Shown: piece by piece, positions 45,423-55,316 of the stretch
Numbering within the stretch: position 1 is the stretch's first letter
Layout of the letters: every line of letters begins with the position of its first letter
Source of the DNA: Dehalococcoidia bacterium
Lineage (GTDB): Bacteria; Chloroflexota; Dehalococcoidia; Lucifugimonadales; UBA2985
Direction: 5' to 3'
Assembly (NCBI GenBank): GCA_965222415.1
Contig: CBDCTU010000004.1
Location: 256,702 to 320,701 of the forward strand
DNA: 64,000 bases
Notes under the pieces: generated by a model
The model's input: the letters and a program-made list of their open reading frames with translations, nothing else
Databases searched by the model: none
Told to the model about the DNA's origin: nothing
Translations under genes and position numbers: made by a program

Positions 45423-46937
45423 GTGGATAGCCCGTGGCTGATAATCGGCTTCACCACCTACTTCACTCTGCTGATTGTCATAGCTCTGGTGGGAGCCGGC
45501 CGGATGCGGGACATGTCCGAGTACGTGCTGGGCGGCCGGCGGCTGGGCAGCTTCACGGCCGCGCTCAGCGCCGGGTCTTCGACGACCAGCGCCTGGACAA
45601 TGCTCGCGCTTCCCGCCCTAGCCTTCACCGACGGCGCAGTGTCGGTGTGGGTCCCGATCGCCGCCGCCATAGGGGTTCTGCTGAGCTGGCAGGTCATCGC
45701 CAGGAGGCTGCGCCGCTACACAATTGAAGCGAACAACGTCCTCACCATTCCGGAGTTCTTCGAGGTGCGGTTTGGAGACAAGACCGGAATCCTGAGATCG
45801 CTCACTTCATTCATAACCGTCTTCTTCGTGGTCTTCTACGTTAGCTCCGGCCTTGTGGGCGGCTCCAAGCTGCTGGAGACCATATTCGGGATTGAGGCAA
45901 ACACCGGCGTCCTTCTTACCTTCTTCGCCGTGGCCTCCTACACCCTGATTGGCGGATTCCTGGCCGTATCCAGGACTGACGTATTCCAGGCGCTGCTGAT
46001 GCTGGTCAGTCTTCTGCTAATCGTCGTCGTTCTGACCGGTTCGTTGGACGGCCAGTTCACGGACGCGGGAGGCCACGGCGGAAACTTCCTGAACCCCCTC
46101 ACCGGCGAAGGTGGAGCGGCCATCACCTTCGTCTTTCTGCTCTCGGCAACGGGATGGGCTTTCGGCGCTTTTGGCGCGCAGCGAATATTGCAGCGCTTCA
46201 TGGCGATTGAGAGAGAGGACCGGATTGCTCAGAGCCGGAACATATCCATGATTTGGCTAGTATCCGTGTATGGGCTTGCGATAACGATCGGCCTTCTGGC
46301 CCATACCTCCCTGGCCCAAGCGGGAACGGCTGGGGAGCTATCCGACGCAGAGCGCATCTATCTGATGGTGTCAGAGGTCTTCTTCCATCCCGTCGTAACA
46401 GGGGTGCTGCTGACAGCGGTAGTCGCGGCCGTGATGAGCACTGCGGACTCACAGCTGCTCCTTGCGTCCGCCGTCGCCACAGACGATATGCCATTCATCA
46501 AGAAGATCGCTTACGGGATCACTGCCAACGCAAGGGTGTGGCTGGGACGGCTGTTGCTGGTGGTCATAGGCTGGATTGCAGTGGCGATATCTATACTGTG
46601 GCCGGAGTCCATCTTCGACCTCGTCAGCTACGCATGGGGCGGAATGGGCGCGGCCTTTGGTCCGGTTACGATACTGGCGTTGTACTGGCGCAGGTTCAAC
46701 TTCTGGGGAGCTGCCTCGTCCATCGTGGCGGGCACGGCGCTTGCCTCGATCTGGTGGTACTTGGACGGCGGCCCCTCCGGGATATGGGATATACAGCCGG
46801 CCACCCCGGGCTTCCTGGTAGCATTGCTGGTGGCAATCGTGGTCTCCCGTTTGACACCGGAGCCGCCCAGAGAGGTGCTGGAACTCTTTGACAGCGTCAA
46901 CTCAAATAGAGGACAATTGCAAGAGACGTCCCGATGA
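45423..46937 (+). CDS. putP: sodium/proline symporter (SSS family)
   Basis: 504 aa. YVLGGRRLGSFTAALSAGSSTTSAWTMLALP closely parallels the PutP N-terminal signature. Confidence 0.75.
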   Translation: MDSPWLIIGFTTYFTLLIVIALVGAGRMRDMSEYVLGGRRLGSFTAALSAGSSTTSAWTMLALPALAFTDGAVSVWVPIAAAIGVLLSWQVIARRLRRYTIEANNVLTIPEFFEVRFGDKTGILRSLTSFITVFFVVFYVSSGLVGGSKLLETIFGIEANTGVLLTFFAVASYTLIGGFLAVSRTDVFQALLMLVSLLLIVVVLTGSLDGQFTDAGGHGGNFLNPLTGEGGAAITFVFLLSATGWAFGAFGAQRILQRFMAIEREDRIAQSRNISMIWLVSVYGLAITIGLLAHTSLAQAGTAGELSDAERIYLMVSEVFFHPVVTGVLLTAVVAAVMSTADSQLLLASAVATDDMPFIKKIAYGITANARVWLGRLLLVVIGWIAVAISILWPESIFDLVSYAWGGMGAAFGPVTILALYWRRFNFWGAASSIVAGTALASIWWYLDGGPSGIWDIQPATPGFLVALLVAIVVSRLTPEPPREVLELFDSVNSNRGQLQETSR

Positions 46938-46995
46938 GGGAGCTTTAGAACGCAGGTAAAACTGTGGTTATAGATCGAGGAGGTGTTAAGACAGT

Positions 46996-47424
46996 ATGCT
47001 TGTACTAAGCCGGATTCTGGCAGTCTATCTCGTCTTAACGGCTTTCGCCGTGTTCTTCAACCTTATACTTACTCCGTTGTACCACGACGGCTCGTCTGAC
47101 TACCCGGTCTGGCAAATTCTCAACTGGTTCATGGCGGCCGCGGTGGTCCTGTCGCTGATAATAAACTTCAAGCGTAGGTTCGCCATAGGCGACTGGAGGT
47201 ACACCGACATTGAAAACCTGCTTGTCAGCACAACCTACTTCGCCGCCATCGCGCTCGCTATGCTCTTCTTCTGGGGGTGGCTCTGGACGCTGAACCCCGA
47301 CAGCGAGACGGGGGACGCCGTAACCTCTCACTTGATTTACTTCCCTCTGGTGGACACCATCTTCGTGATAGTCAGCCTGTCCACCGGACGCTATCTATGG
47401 AACACGGCAGATGCCGGTAACTAG
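46996..47424 (+). CDS. hypothetical membrane protein (4 TM)
   Basis: 142 aa, hydrophobic, GAGGAGG upstream. Confidence 0.5.
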   Translation: MLVLSRILAVYLVLTAFAVFFNLILTPLYHDGSSDYPVWQILNWFMAAAVVLSLIINFKRRFAIGDWRYTDIENLLVSTTYFAAIALAMLFFWGWLWTLNPDSETGDAVTSHLIYFPLVDTIFVIVSLSTGRYLWNTADAGN

Positions 47425-47578
47425 CAGGCGTGGAGGTAGGGGCGCTGTCAATTGACAGCAGACAATGGTCAACCTAGAATGAGCCTCTAATAAGGTGTGC
47501 TTTGGCCCCAGGCTGATGAGGTAGCTGACTACCCTCAGCGTAAAGCACACAAGAACTCTGGAGGCAAGGAGGGATGCC

Positions 47579-47818
47579 ATGGGTACAAAGGCTTATGTCC
47601 TGATTGAGACGGCAGTGGGCAAGACCAAGGATGTGCTGGACGCCCTTCGGGGGATAGATGGCGTTAGAGAGGCCGATGCCGTTACCGGGGAATATGACAT
47701 CGTAGCTGTAGTTGAAGCGGACAGCCTCAACAACATCGGTGTGCTGGTGACGGGGAGCATCCACACCATCGGCGGCATACAGCGCACCACAACTTACCTA
47801 TCGGTGAATATGGGATAG
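47579..47818 (+). CDS. stand-alone Lrp/AsnC ligand-binding (RAM) domain protein
   Basis: 79 aa, AYVLIETAVGKTKDVLDALRGIDGVREADAVTGEYDIVAVVEA. No HTH domain. Confidence 0.7.
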   Translation: MGTKAYVLIETAVGKTKDVLDALRGIDGVREADAVTGEYDIVAVVEADSLNNIGVLVTGSIHTIGGIQRTTTYLSVNMG

Positions 47819-47846
47819 CAGCTCGGAATCTCCCCGTCTCCGGCCT

Positions 47847-48233
47847 GTGGAGCATGGGAGGGGCTGCGGGTCCATAGGAGACTCAAGCGTGGCTGAGGAC
47901 TGCATCTTCTGCAAGATTATCGGCGGGGAGATACCCAGCGACACCCTGCACCGCGACGACACGGTAATCGCCATTCGGGACATCAGTCCAAGGGCGCCCA
48001 CCCACCTGCTGGTGATACCACTGGAGCACATAACGTACCTGGACACTGTTTCCGCAGACAAGGAGACCCTCATGGGCCACCTGCTCCTCGTTGGAAGGGA
48101 CATGGCCCGCTCGGAGGGGTTGATAGAGAGCGGGTACAGGCTGGCCATCAACCAAGGTCAGGACGCGGGGCAGATGGTGCCACATCTGCATCTGCACGTG
48201 CTGGGCGGCCGTACCCTGGGGGCGGAAGGCTGA
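47847..48233 (+). CDS. HIT family (histidine triad) protein
   Basis: CIFCKIIGGEIP and HLHLHVLGG. The true start may be GTG 47889. Confidence 0.85.
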   Translation: MEHGRGCGSIGDSSVAEDCIFCKIIGGEIPSDTLHRDDTVIAIRDISPRAPTHLLVIPLEHITYLDTVSADKETLMGHLLLVGRDMARSEGLIESGYRLAINQGQDAGQMVPHLHLHVLGGRTLGAEG

Positions 48234-48261
48234 GGCAATCTTCAATCAGAAAGGCCGTGAG

Positions 48262-48573
48262 TTGCAGGCAACAGAAGTCAGACTACTAGAAGACAAGATT
48301 CATGTTCTGTGGGACGACGGCCACTCCAGCGAGTACCCTCACCGGTACTTGAGAGGCGAGTGCTGCTGCGCCGCCTGTGTGGAGGAGATGACGGGCCGTC
48401 GAAGAGTTGCGGAAGAAGACGTGCGCGAGGACGTTCAGGCGCTGGACTGGATGCAGATTGGACGATATGCCCTGCAATTCCTGTGGAGCGACACCCACGA
48501 TTCGGGCATATACCCATTTGAGCTGCTTCGCAAGTTGTGCCGCTGCGCAGAGTGCTACGCCGGCGAGGAATAG
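48262..48573 (+). CDS. DUF971-like protein
   Basis: 103 aa. YLRGECCCAACVEE and YALQFLWSDTHDSGIYPFELLRKLC resemble the DUF971 pattern. Confidence 0.6.
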   Translation: MQATEVRLLEDKIHVLWDDGHSSEYPHRYLRGECCCAACVEEMTGRRRVAEEDVREDVQALDWMQIGRYALQFLWSDTHDSGIYPFELLRKLCRCAECYAGEE

Positions 48574-48611
48574 GCCTTATCTCAGAGCGTTAGCCCAGCA
48601 TTCATAGCCTG

Positions 48612-48630
48612 CCCTGTATTTGATACAGGG
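48612..48630. repeat. REP-like hairpin CCCTGTATTTGATACAGGG
   Basis: Variant of CCCCGTACTTGATACGGGG, which occurs at 4113 and 4559. Confidence 0.6.
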
Positions 48631-49016
48631 AAAGATCATGAGATCTTCTTCAGCGGGAGAGCTACGCCTAACCAACAGACCACCCCTGCGAAGCTTGTCC
48701 TCGTGGAGACGGGGAGCAGGGGTCTATAGCGCGCTATGGCAGAAATCCACAGGTGTTTCACGGCAACACACGTGGGCTTTAGGTTCCTCACTTCCCTCGG
48801 TCTGACAGCCCTCCACAGTTGCCTGTCTAGGTCGAACCAGACCCACGCGCACACTCAAAAATAAACTTGCGCCAGCGCTTTTTGGCCCTTCCCGGCCCTG
48901 CCCGTCCTTGACACCCTCCACTGGGTAGGATTACCATTGCCCTATGCCCTTGCTTTGCGGGCATGTTAATTTTCCAGGCCAAATACAGGCCTGGACAGAA
49001 AGGAAGGTGAAGGACA

Positions 49017-50543
49017 GTGGAAGCGCTTATACTTGTCCTTGCCGTCCTGGCCGCCCTGGGGATAGGGGCAGCAACCGGGTTCTTTGTCAGAGCTGGTGTC
49101 GCAGGCAGGCGTGTGAAGTATGCCGGTGAAGAGGCTTCCCGCATATTGGAGGATGCCGAGGAGGAGAAGAAGGTCGTTCTTCTCGAGGCCAAGGAGGAGG
49201 CCATAAAGATACGCACCTCGGCGGAGGAAGATCTTAGGGAGCGTCGGTCGGAGCTCCAACGGCAGGAGAGAAGGCTCTCCAACAGAGAAGAGAACACGGA
49301 GAAGCGTGCGGACAACCTGGATCGCCGGGAAAAGGCACAGGCAGACCGAGAGAAAGGCCTTGAGGACAAAGAGGCTCATTTAGAGGAGCTGAAGCGCCAG
49401 GAGTTGGAAGTCCTGGAAAACTTGTCAGCCCTTTCCATAAATGATGCCAAAGAGCTTCTCCTTAGAAGGGCCGACGACGAGATCCAGTACGAGGTGGCGC
49501 GTCGCTACCGGGACATAGAGCAGCACGCAAGAGAAGATGCGGACCAGAAAGCCCGCAAGGTTGTGACACTGGCCATTCATCGCCTGGCCTCTGACGTAGT
49601 CTCTGAGAACACGGTTAAGGTAATACCCCTACCCAACGACGACATGAAGGGACGTCTCATAGGGCGCGAGGGACGTAATATACGCGCTATAGAAAGCGCG
49701 ACAGGCGTCGATCTCATAATCGACGACACCCCGGAGGCCGTTACAGTCTCCTGCTTTGACCCCGTCCGGCGGGAGGTGGCGCGGCAGGCCATCACCAAGC
49801 TCATATCGGATGGCCGGATCCATCCCGCTCGCATAGAGGATGTGGTGGAGAAGACCCGACAGGAGGTGGAGGAAAACATCCGCGAGGAGGGAGAGAAAGC
49901 GGTATTCGACGCCGGTGTGCGCGGCATGAACCCGGAGTTGGTCAAGCTCCTGGGCAGGCTGAAGTATCGCTACAGCTACGGAGAGAACATCCTCCAGCAC
50001 AGCGTGGAGGTCTCTCTGCTGTCCGGGATGCTTGCCGCCGAGGTGGGAATCAACGTAGAGGTTGCCAAAATCGGCGGTCTCCTGCACGACATAGGCAAGG
50101 CCCTGACCCACGAGGTGGAGGGCACCCACGCGGAGATTGGCGCAGACGTAGCCCGCAGATACGGCATTCCCCCGGAGATTGAGCGGGCAATTATGGAGCA
50201 CCACGACGAGGAACGCGGGTCGGAGGAGGCATTCATCGTTGCCGCCGCAGACGCCATCAGCGCTGCCCGACCGGGCGCCCGCAGGGACACCCTGGAACAC
50301 TACGCCAAGCGGCTGGAGGCCCTGGAAGATGTGGCGCAAAGCTTCCCCGGCGTGGAGAAGTGCTACGCTATACAGGCCGGCCGGGAGGTGCGGATCATGG
50401 TGAAGTCCGGGGAGGTCGACGACGTAACGGCATCCAAGTTGGCCAGGGACGTTGTGAAGAAGATTGAAGAGACCCTGGTCTACCCCGGCCTGATAAAGGT
50501 CACAGTTATACGCGAGACACGCTCGGTGGAGTACGCCCGATAG
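49017..50543 (+). CDS. rny: ribonuclease Y
   Basis: 508 aa. N-terminal TM, coiled coil, KH segment [15 protein letters not shown] segment GLLHDIGKA. Confidence 0.95.
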   Translation: MEALILVLAVLAALGIGAATGFFVRAGVAGRRVKYAGEEASRILEDAEEEKKVVLLEAKEEAIKIRTSAEEDLRERRSELQRQERRLSNREENTEKRADNLDRREKAQADREKGLEDKEAHLEELKRQELEVLENLSALSINDAKELLLRRADDEIQYEVARRYRDIEQHAREDADQKARKVVTLAIHRLASDVVSENTVKVIPLPNDDMKGRLIGREGRNIRAIESATGVDLIIDDTPEAVTVSCFDPVRREVARQAITKLISDGRIHPARIEDVVEKTRQEVEENIREEGEKAVFDAGVRGMNPELVKLLGRLKYRYSYGENILQHSVEVSLLSGMLAAEVGINVEVAKIGGLLHDIGKALTHEVEGTHAEIGADVARRYGIPPEIERAIMEHHDEERGSEEAFIVAAADAISAARPGARRDTLEHYAKRLEALEDVAQSFPGVEKCYAIQAGREVRIMVKSGEVDDVTASKLARDVVKKIEETLVYPGLIKVTVIRETRSVEYAR

Positions 50544-50635
50544 GAGAGGACTGCCTTCGAGGAAAGACCTCTGCATCGGCTGTGGTTGATGAGCTGTGCT
50601 CTGCCCTGTTATGGCATTGTGCCGGAGATAGATAA

Positions 50636-51403
50636 TTGCGAGTCCTGATGGTTGGGGACATCATAGGTAAACCTGGAAGAAGGGCCGTCCAGGCCCTTCT
50701 TCCAGGTTTACGCCAGGAGTATGGCATCGACCTGGTCGTGGCAAACGGAGAGAACTCTGCCGGCGGTTTCGGCATCACCATAGACGTAGCCCAGGAGCTA
50801 TTTGACCGCGGCGTAGACGTCATCACCTCCGGCAACCACATCTGGGACCAGAAGGAGATTATCCCCTATCTGGATGAGGACTTCCCCATCCTTCGGCCCC
50901 TCAACTACCCACCTACTACGCCCGGCAGAGGGTGTGTCGCTGTGGGGAACGTCTTGGTGGTGAGCCTGATTGGCCGTGTGTTCGTGGGCAACTTCGACTG
51001 TCCCTTCCGGGCTATGGACAACTTGCTTGAGCGAGTGGGCGATAGCTACAAGGTAATCCTGGTGGATTTCCACGCCGAGGCCACGTCTGAAAAGATGGCC
51101 CTTGGGTGGTACCTTGATGGCAGGGTTACGGCCGTTGTGGGCACCCACACCCACGTGGGTACAGCCGACAATCGACTCTTCAACAAGGGGACCGCGTACG
51201 TCTCTGACCTTGGTATGGTCGGGCCAAGGGACTCGGTAATCGGAAGCGCCGTGGAGGACGTACTCGTGCGCTTTCTGGATCAAACGCCCAGGAGGCTGAC
51301 CGTGGCAGGCGGGCCGCTTCAGTTCAACTCTGTCATGATGGAGATTGACGAGGATTCCGGTAGCGCAACCGCCATTACTCGAGTAGACAGGTGGATTGAC
51401 TAG
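50636..51403 (+). CDS. ymdB: YmdB-type (TIGR00282-like) metallophosphoesterase
   Basis: MRVLMVGDIIGKPGR and GENSAGGFGIT. The conserved rny-ymdB neighbourhood supports the call. Confidence 0.85.
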   Translation: MRVLMVGDIIGKPGRRAVQALLPGLRQEYGIDLVVANGENSAGGFGITIDVAQELFDRGVDVITSGNHIWDQKEIIPYLDEDFPILRPLNYPPTTPGRGCVAVGNVLVVSLIGRVFVGNFDCPFRAMDNLLERVGDSYKVILVDFHAEATSEKMALGWYLDGRVTAVVGTHTHVGTADNRLFNKGTAYVSDLGMVGPRDSVIGSAVEDVLVRFLDQTPRRLTVAGGPLQFNSVMMEIDEDSGSATAITRVDRWID

Positions 51404-51405
51404 CG

Positions 51406-52254
51406 ATGGCCGAAGTAGATCTGCATCTGCACACCACCTACTCCGACGGTCGTTTGACCCCGACGCAGCTTGTCGATCTGGTTGCCCAGCGGGGACTTCG
51501 GGTTGTGGCCATCACTGACCACGACTCCACCGAGGGCCTTGGGGAAGCGCTGGAAGCCGCCGAAAAATACCCCGGCCTTACCATCATCCCGGGCATAGAG
51601 CTAAGCACAGATATCCCAGGCAACGAAATCCACGTTCTGGGCTACTTCATAAACTACGAGGACGCCGGCTTTCAGGAGACGTTATCGGAGTTCCGCGAAG
51701 GTAGATTGGATCGTGCGCGCCGGATGGTGAGAAACCTGGAAGGACTTGGCGTCAGCATCGACTGGGAGCGTGTACTGGAGATCTCAGACGGCGGCGCCGT
51801 GGGACGCCCTCACATCGCTCAGGCTATGGTGGAGAGAGGGTACATAACCTATCCCCAGGAAGCCTTCGATAAGTACATAGGGCGCAACGGTCCGGCCTAT
51901 GCGGAGCGGCCCAAACTTGCGCCGGGAGACGCGGTGCGGATGATACTGGACGTGGGCGGCCTGTCAGTCCTTGCGCATCCGGCTCGGTACGTGAAGGACC
52001 CCGAAGGGCACCTGCCGGTCCTGAAAGGGGCGGGCCTCGTGGGCATGGAGGTCCACTACAAGGACTACACGCCAGTAGAGGTTGAGGAGCTCCTCGGCCT
52101 CTGCCAGAAGTACGACCTCATCCCCACGGGTGGCAGCGACTACCACGCCCTCGGCACACCGGACGAGGTGGAGCCGGGCAGCGTTGGGCCTCCCCTGGAG
52201 ATCGCCCGAAGACTGTTCTCCCTTTCTGGACGGGAGGCCGGCGTCAGCCTCTAG
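51406..52254 (+). CDS. PHP domain phosphoesterase (TrpH/YciV-like)
   Basis: VDLHLHTTYSDG, ITDHDS, and late GGSDYH. Confidence 0.8.
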   Translation: MAEVDLHLHTTYSDGRLTPTQLVDLVAQRGLRVVAITDHDSTEGLGEALEAAEKYPGLTIIPGIELSTDIPGNEIHVLGYFINYEDAGFQETLSEFREGRLDRARRMVRNLEGLGVSIDWERVLEISDGGAVGRPHIAQAMVERGYITYPQEAFDKYIGRNGPAYAERPKLAPGDAVRMILDVGGLSVLAHPARYVKDPEGHLPVLKGAGLVGMEVHYKDYTPVEVEELLGLCQKYDLIPTGGSDYHALGTPDEVEPGSVGPPLEIARRLFSLSGREAGVSL

Positions 52255-52415
52255 TAGCCGTCCATGTCTCAACCCATGCACTCCACGTTTCGGCCGACCA
52301 TAACCCGCATGTCAATTATTTTTGCACCCCTCCCCTGCCCCACCTTTGCAGGCTCCACCCATTAGGTTACAGTTGATACCACCTTTGGAGAATTTCATCT
52401 GAAAAGACTGGTCCT

Positions 52416-53090
52416 ATGAAGGAAGCGGCAATAATTCTCTCGGCCTATCTGGTGGGCTCCGTTCCCATGACCTACATCCTGGGCCGAATGGTCAAACATA
52501 TCGATATTCGGCGCTACGGCAGCGGGAACGTGGGGGCGTCCAACGCATGGGTGCATTTAGGCAAGTTGGTGGTGGCGCCCGTGGCCGTATTCGACCTCCT
52601 GGTTAAGGGATCGCTCTCCGTTTACCTCGCTCAGCAATTGAGTGGTGGCCCGTGGCTACCGGTGTTCGCGGGATTGGCCGCCATAGCAGGCCATAACTGG
52701 TCGGTCTATCTCAAATTCACCGGCGGGAGAGGCATTACGGTGGTCTTGGGGGTGCTCCTGCTCCTAGCGTTGAAGGAGTTGGCGGCCGCAAGTCTCGTGG
52801 TCATCGCCGGGTGGATTGTATTCCGCAACTCAGCCCTGTGGGTGGGAATCGGTGTAGCGACGCTTCCAATATGGAGCGTTGTGTTCAGGGAGGCAGAGCA
52901 CATCACCGTTCTATGTATTTGCCTGGTCGTCTTGCTGGCGATCAAAAGGCTTGTGTCCAACTTCGACCTGCCTGCACTTGGAGACGGCGGTTGGAGAATC
53001 TATCTGCATCGTCTGCTCTACGACAGAGACGTTTCCAGCAGAGACGAATGGGTCCACAGAGCGCCTGTTGAGGGCCAAGAGGATGGTTGA
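52416..53090 (+). CDS. plsY: glycerol-3-phosphate acyltransferase PlsY
   Basis: AYLVGSVPMTYILG, GSGNVGASNA and GGRGIT motifs. Confidence 0.85.
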   Translation: MKEAAIILSAYLVGSVPMTYILGRMVKHIDIRRYGSGNVGASNAWVHLGKLVVAPVAVFDLLVKGSLSVYLAQQLSGGPWLPVFAGLAAIAGHNWSVYLKFTGGRGITVVLGVLLLLALKELAAASLVVIAGWIVFRNSALWVGIGVATLPIWSVVFREAEHITVLCICLVVLLAIKRLVSNFDLPALGDGGWRIYLHRLLYDRDVSSRDEWVHRAPVEGQEDG

Positions 53091-53589
53091 GAGAGGGCCT
53101 ACCTTTTGCGCCCGCCATCCCAGGGTCGAGTCGCGACTGGCTTGCGGGAAGTGTGGCGACTTCATATGCCCCCAGTGCCTGGTGCATACTCCCGTTGGCG
53201 CCAGGTGTCCCGAGTGCGCCAATGTGCGGAGGCTGCCCACCTACGAGCGCGGAGCCTCGACCTATCTCAGGGCAGTGGGAGCGGGAGTTGTCCTTGCCGC
53301 AGTGACCGGCGCCATCTGGGGATTCCTCTTCTTTGAGATAATTCGCGTCCCCTTCCTGCCGTGGATAGCGACAGTAGGCGTCGGCTTCCTGATTGGTGAG
53401 GGCATAAGCGTTTCGGTGAACCGCAAGAGGGGGCGAGACCTCCAATACATCGCGGGAGCTTGCATGGCCCTCAGCTACGTGGTGGCAGGATTTGTCAGCC
53501 CATTCCTCTTTGCCATCTCCTTTGGCAACCTGTTTTTACTTCTGTCGCTGGCGATAGCTGTATTCATGGCTGCGAGCCGTGTGAAGTAG
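53083..53589 (+). CDS. B-box-type zinc-finger membrane protein
   Basis: Start at ATG 53083, overlapping the plsY stop by 8 nt. CARHPRVESRLACGKCGDFICPQCLVHTPVGARCPEC, followed by 3-4 TM helices. Confidence 0.65.
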   Translation: MVERGPTFCARHPRVESRLACGKCGDFICPQCLVHTPVGARCPECANVRRLPTYERGASTYLRAVGAGVVLAAVTGAIWGFLFFEIIRVPFLPWIATVGVGFLIGEGISVSVNRKRGRDLQYIAGACMALSYVVAGFVSPFLFAISFGNLFLLLSLAIAVFMAASRVK

Positions 53590-55299
53590 GCTCAACTTGT
53601 ACTGCGCTTGCGCGTACGCCTGGCCTTTGCTATATTGTGCGGGCGTGGGGCTGTAGCTCAGCTGGGAGAGCGCTTCAATGGCATTGAAGAGGTAGGGGGT
53701 TCGAGTCCCCCCAGCTCCACCATCATGTACGGTAGACAGAACTGAGCTGTTCAGGGCCACCTTTTCGGTGGCCCTGCCGGGTATCAGGCTGTCGTCTGGC
53801 ATAGGCACGGTGTATCGCATCAGGGCGTCGCCGGGCATAACGATGATCTCCTTGACGAACGACTCGATGAAGGCCCTGCGCTCGGTCAATTCGCTCTCGT
53901 TCAGGAAGTCCCTCATGTCCTTGGCGTAGGCGGAGATAGTCTTCACGTCGTCCAGGTGCGCCCTACGCTCGGAGAGGATCGCTCTCGCATCCGCCGCCGC
54001 ATCCTCAAGACGCTCCTTCCGCTCCCGGTGTTCTTTGATCCTGTCTGAGGCGTCGGCCATATCAAGGTCACTCGTCTCGATGACGTTCCAGATGCGACCG
54101 AGCCGCCGCTTCACGTCCTCAAGCTCATCCTCAATGATCCGAAGCCTCTTGCGCTGATCTTGGGCTATGCCATCCATCTCCTCGTCCACCACCTTCACCA
54201 ACTCGGTGATGCTCCCCTCGGTGAGGATGTTGGAGCGAATCTTGTCGACGACAAGCTCCTCGAAGCGGCGGGCGTTGAGCCTGGGAGTGTCGCAGGCATC
54301 CTTGCCGCGCTTCATGATCGACTGGCAGACGTAGTAGGCAAACTGTCCGCTCTTGGCGTCCTGACCGCTGAGCGCCCTGTTGCACGCCTTGCACTTGACC
54401 AGTCCGCTCAAGAGATAGGTGCTCCCGACCCTTCGGGGATGGGACTGCTTTGGTGCGCGAGAGTGCATCAGCTTGTTGACGCCGCTGAACTGGGCCTTGG
54501 TGACGATGGCGGGGAACGCCTTCTCCACCCGCACTGGCTCGGCGTTGTCCTTTGAATGCGTACCCCAGACCAGAGTCCCCGTGTAGGACTCGTTGATGAG
54601 GATGGTATGGACGCTGGTCTTGCCCCAGAGCTTTCCCTTGGGGCTCAGGATGCCCTCGTCGTTGAGGGTCCTGGTGATGTCCGTCATTCCGCTGCCGGCC
54701 TCGGCAAGGTCGAAGATGCGCTTGACGATGCGCGAGGCATCCGGGTCGGGCTGCAAGGTGGGGCGCTTCTTAGGCCCGTCCTGCACCATCACCCGGTTGT
54801 AGCCGAAGGGGGCGTAGCTGGTGACCCAGAAGCCGCGAGAGGCAGACTCGCGCATCCCCCTCGTGACCTCCTGGGCGAGATTCTCGCTGTAGAATTCGTC
54901 CACGCTCTCGATGATGGCCTCCATCAGCTTGCCGGTGGGGGTGTCGTCGGCGTGCTCGGTGATGGAGACGACTCGAACTCCCTTGCGCCGGAGCATGGAC
55001 TTGAAGGCGACGGCGTGCTCCCGCTTGCGGGTGAAGCGGGAGAACTTCCAGACCAGAATCTCCCGGAACGGTCCGTTGGCCTTGGCGGCTGCGTCGATCA
55101 TCTTGCGGAACTCCGGGCGGTCGGCGATGCGACCGCTCTCGGCCTCATCCACGTACTCGCGGAAGACGATGTAGCCGTTCTTCTGTGCGTAGTCCCTGAG
55201 CGCCCGCAGCTGGGCGGCGATGGACAGGTCCACGTCCTGGCGGTCACTGGAGACTCTGGCGTAGAGGGCCACGGGCGTGTAGTCGGTGTTCTGGTTCAT
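53536..55299 (-). CDS. large serine recombinase (integrase); 3' end uncertain
   Basis: ATG 55299 lies after AAGGAGG. Resolvase catalytic domain VALYARVSSDRQ, recombinase domain, zinc ribbon LVKCKACNRALSG...YYVCQ, coiled coil. There is no stop codon until 53536, so the ORF runs antisense through tRNA-Ala. Confidence 0.85.
   Translation of the reverse strand: MNQNTDYTPVALYARVSSDRQDVDLSIAAQLRALRDYAQKNGYIVFREYVDEAESGRIADRPEFRKMIDAAAKANGPFREILVWKFSRFTRKREHAVAFKSMLRRKGVRVVSITEHADDTPTGKLMEAIIESVDEFYSENLAQEVTRGMRESASRGFWVTSYAPFGYNRVMVQDGPKKRPTLQPDPDASRIVKRIFDLAEAGSGMTDITRTLNDEGILSPKGKLWGKTSVHTILINESYTGTLVWGTHSKDNAEPVRVEKAFPAIVTKAQFSGVNKLMHSRAPKQSHPRRVGSTYLLSGLVKCKACNRALSGQDAKSGQFAYYVCQSIMKRGKDACDTPRLNARRFEELVVDKIRSNILTEGSITELVKVVDEEMDGIAQDQRKRLRIIEDELEDVKRRLGRIWNVIETSDLDMADASDRIKEHRERKERLEDAAADARAILSERRAHLDDVKTISAYAKDMRDFLNESELTERRAFIESFVKEIIVMPGDALMRYTVPMPDDSLIPGRATEKVALNSSVLSTVHDGGAGGTRTPYLFNAIEALSQLSYSPTPAQYSKGQAYAQAQYKLSLLHTARSHEYSYRQRQK
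53647..53722 (+). tRNA. tRNA-Ala (anticodon GGC), CCA encoded
   Basis: Hand-folded cloverleaf: acceptor GGGGCTG/CAGCTCC with G3:U70, D arm GCTC/GAGC, anticodon arm CTTCA-ATGGCAT-TGAAG, T arm GGGGG-TTCGAGT-CCCCC, then ACCA. Confidence 0.9.
53752..53776. repeat. perfect 10-bp inverted repeat CAGGGCCACC-TTTTC-GGTGGCCCTG
   Basis: Lies 30 nt after the tRNA 3' end, inside the 3' part of the recombinase ORF. No U-tract follows on either strand. Confidence 0.7.
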
Positions 55300-55316
55300 G
55301 GGTGCGTCCTCCTTGT

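Noticed and set aside
47513-47520. CTGATGAG motif followed by a GGTAG-CTGA-CTACC hairpin, reminiscent of a hammerhead ribozyme core.
   Set aside because: The obligatory GAAA segment does not follow the stem II candidate (CTCAGCGTAAAG comes instead), and no stem III/UH cleavage context can be drawn. Treated as part of a simple long hairpin.
48574-49016. 443-nt gap upstream of rny examined for a structured ncRNA (6S, SRP, tmRNA or RNase P signatures) and for a promoter (TTGACA at 48907).
   Set aside because: I recognised no conserved ncRNA core motifs, and the TTGACA lacks a convincing -10 at proper spacing. Only one REP-like hairpin (48612-48630) is supportable.
53752-53776. Inverted repeat after tRNA-Ala considered as an intrinsic terminator for the tRNA or the integrase.
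   Set aside because: No U-tract follows on either strand and it lies inside the open integrase frame. It is kept only as a repeat, possibly related to the att site.
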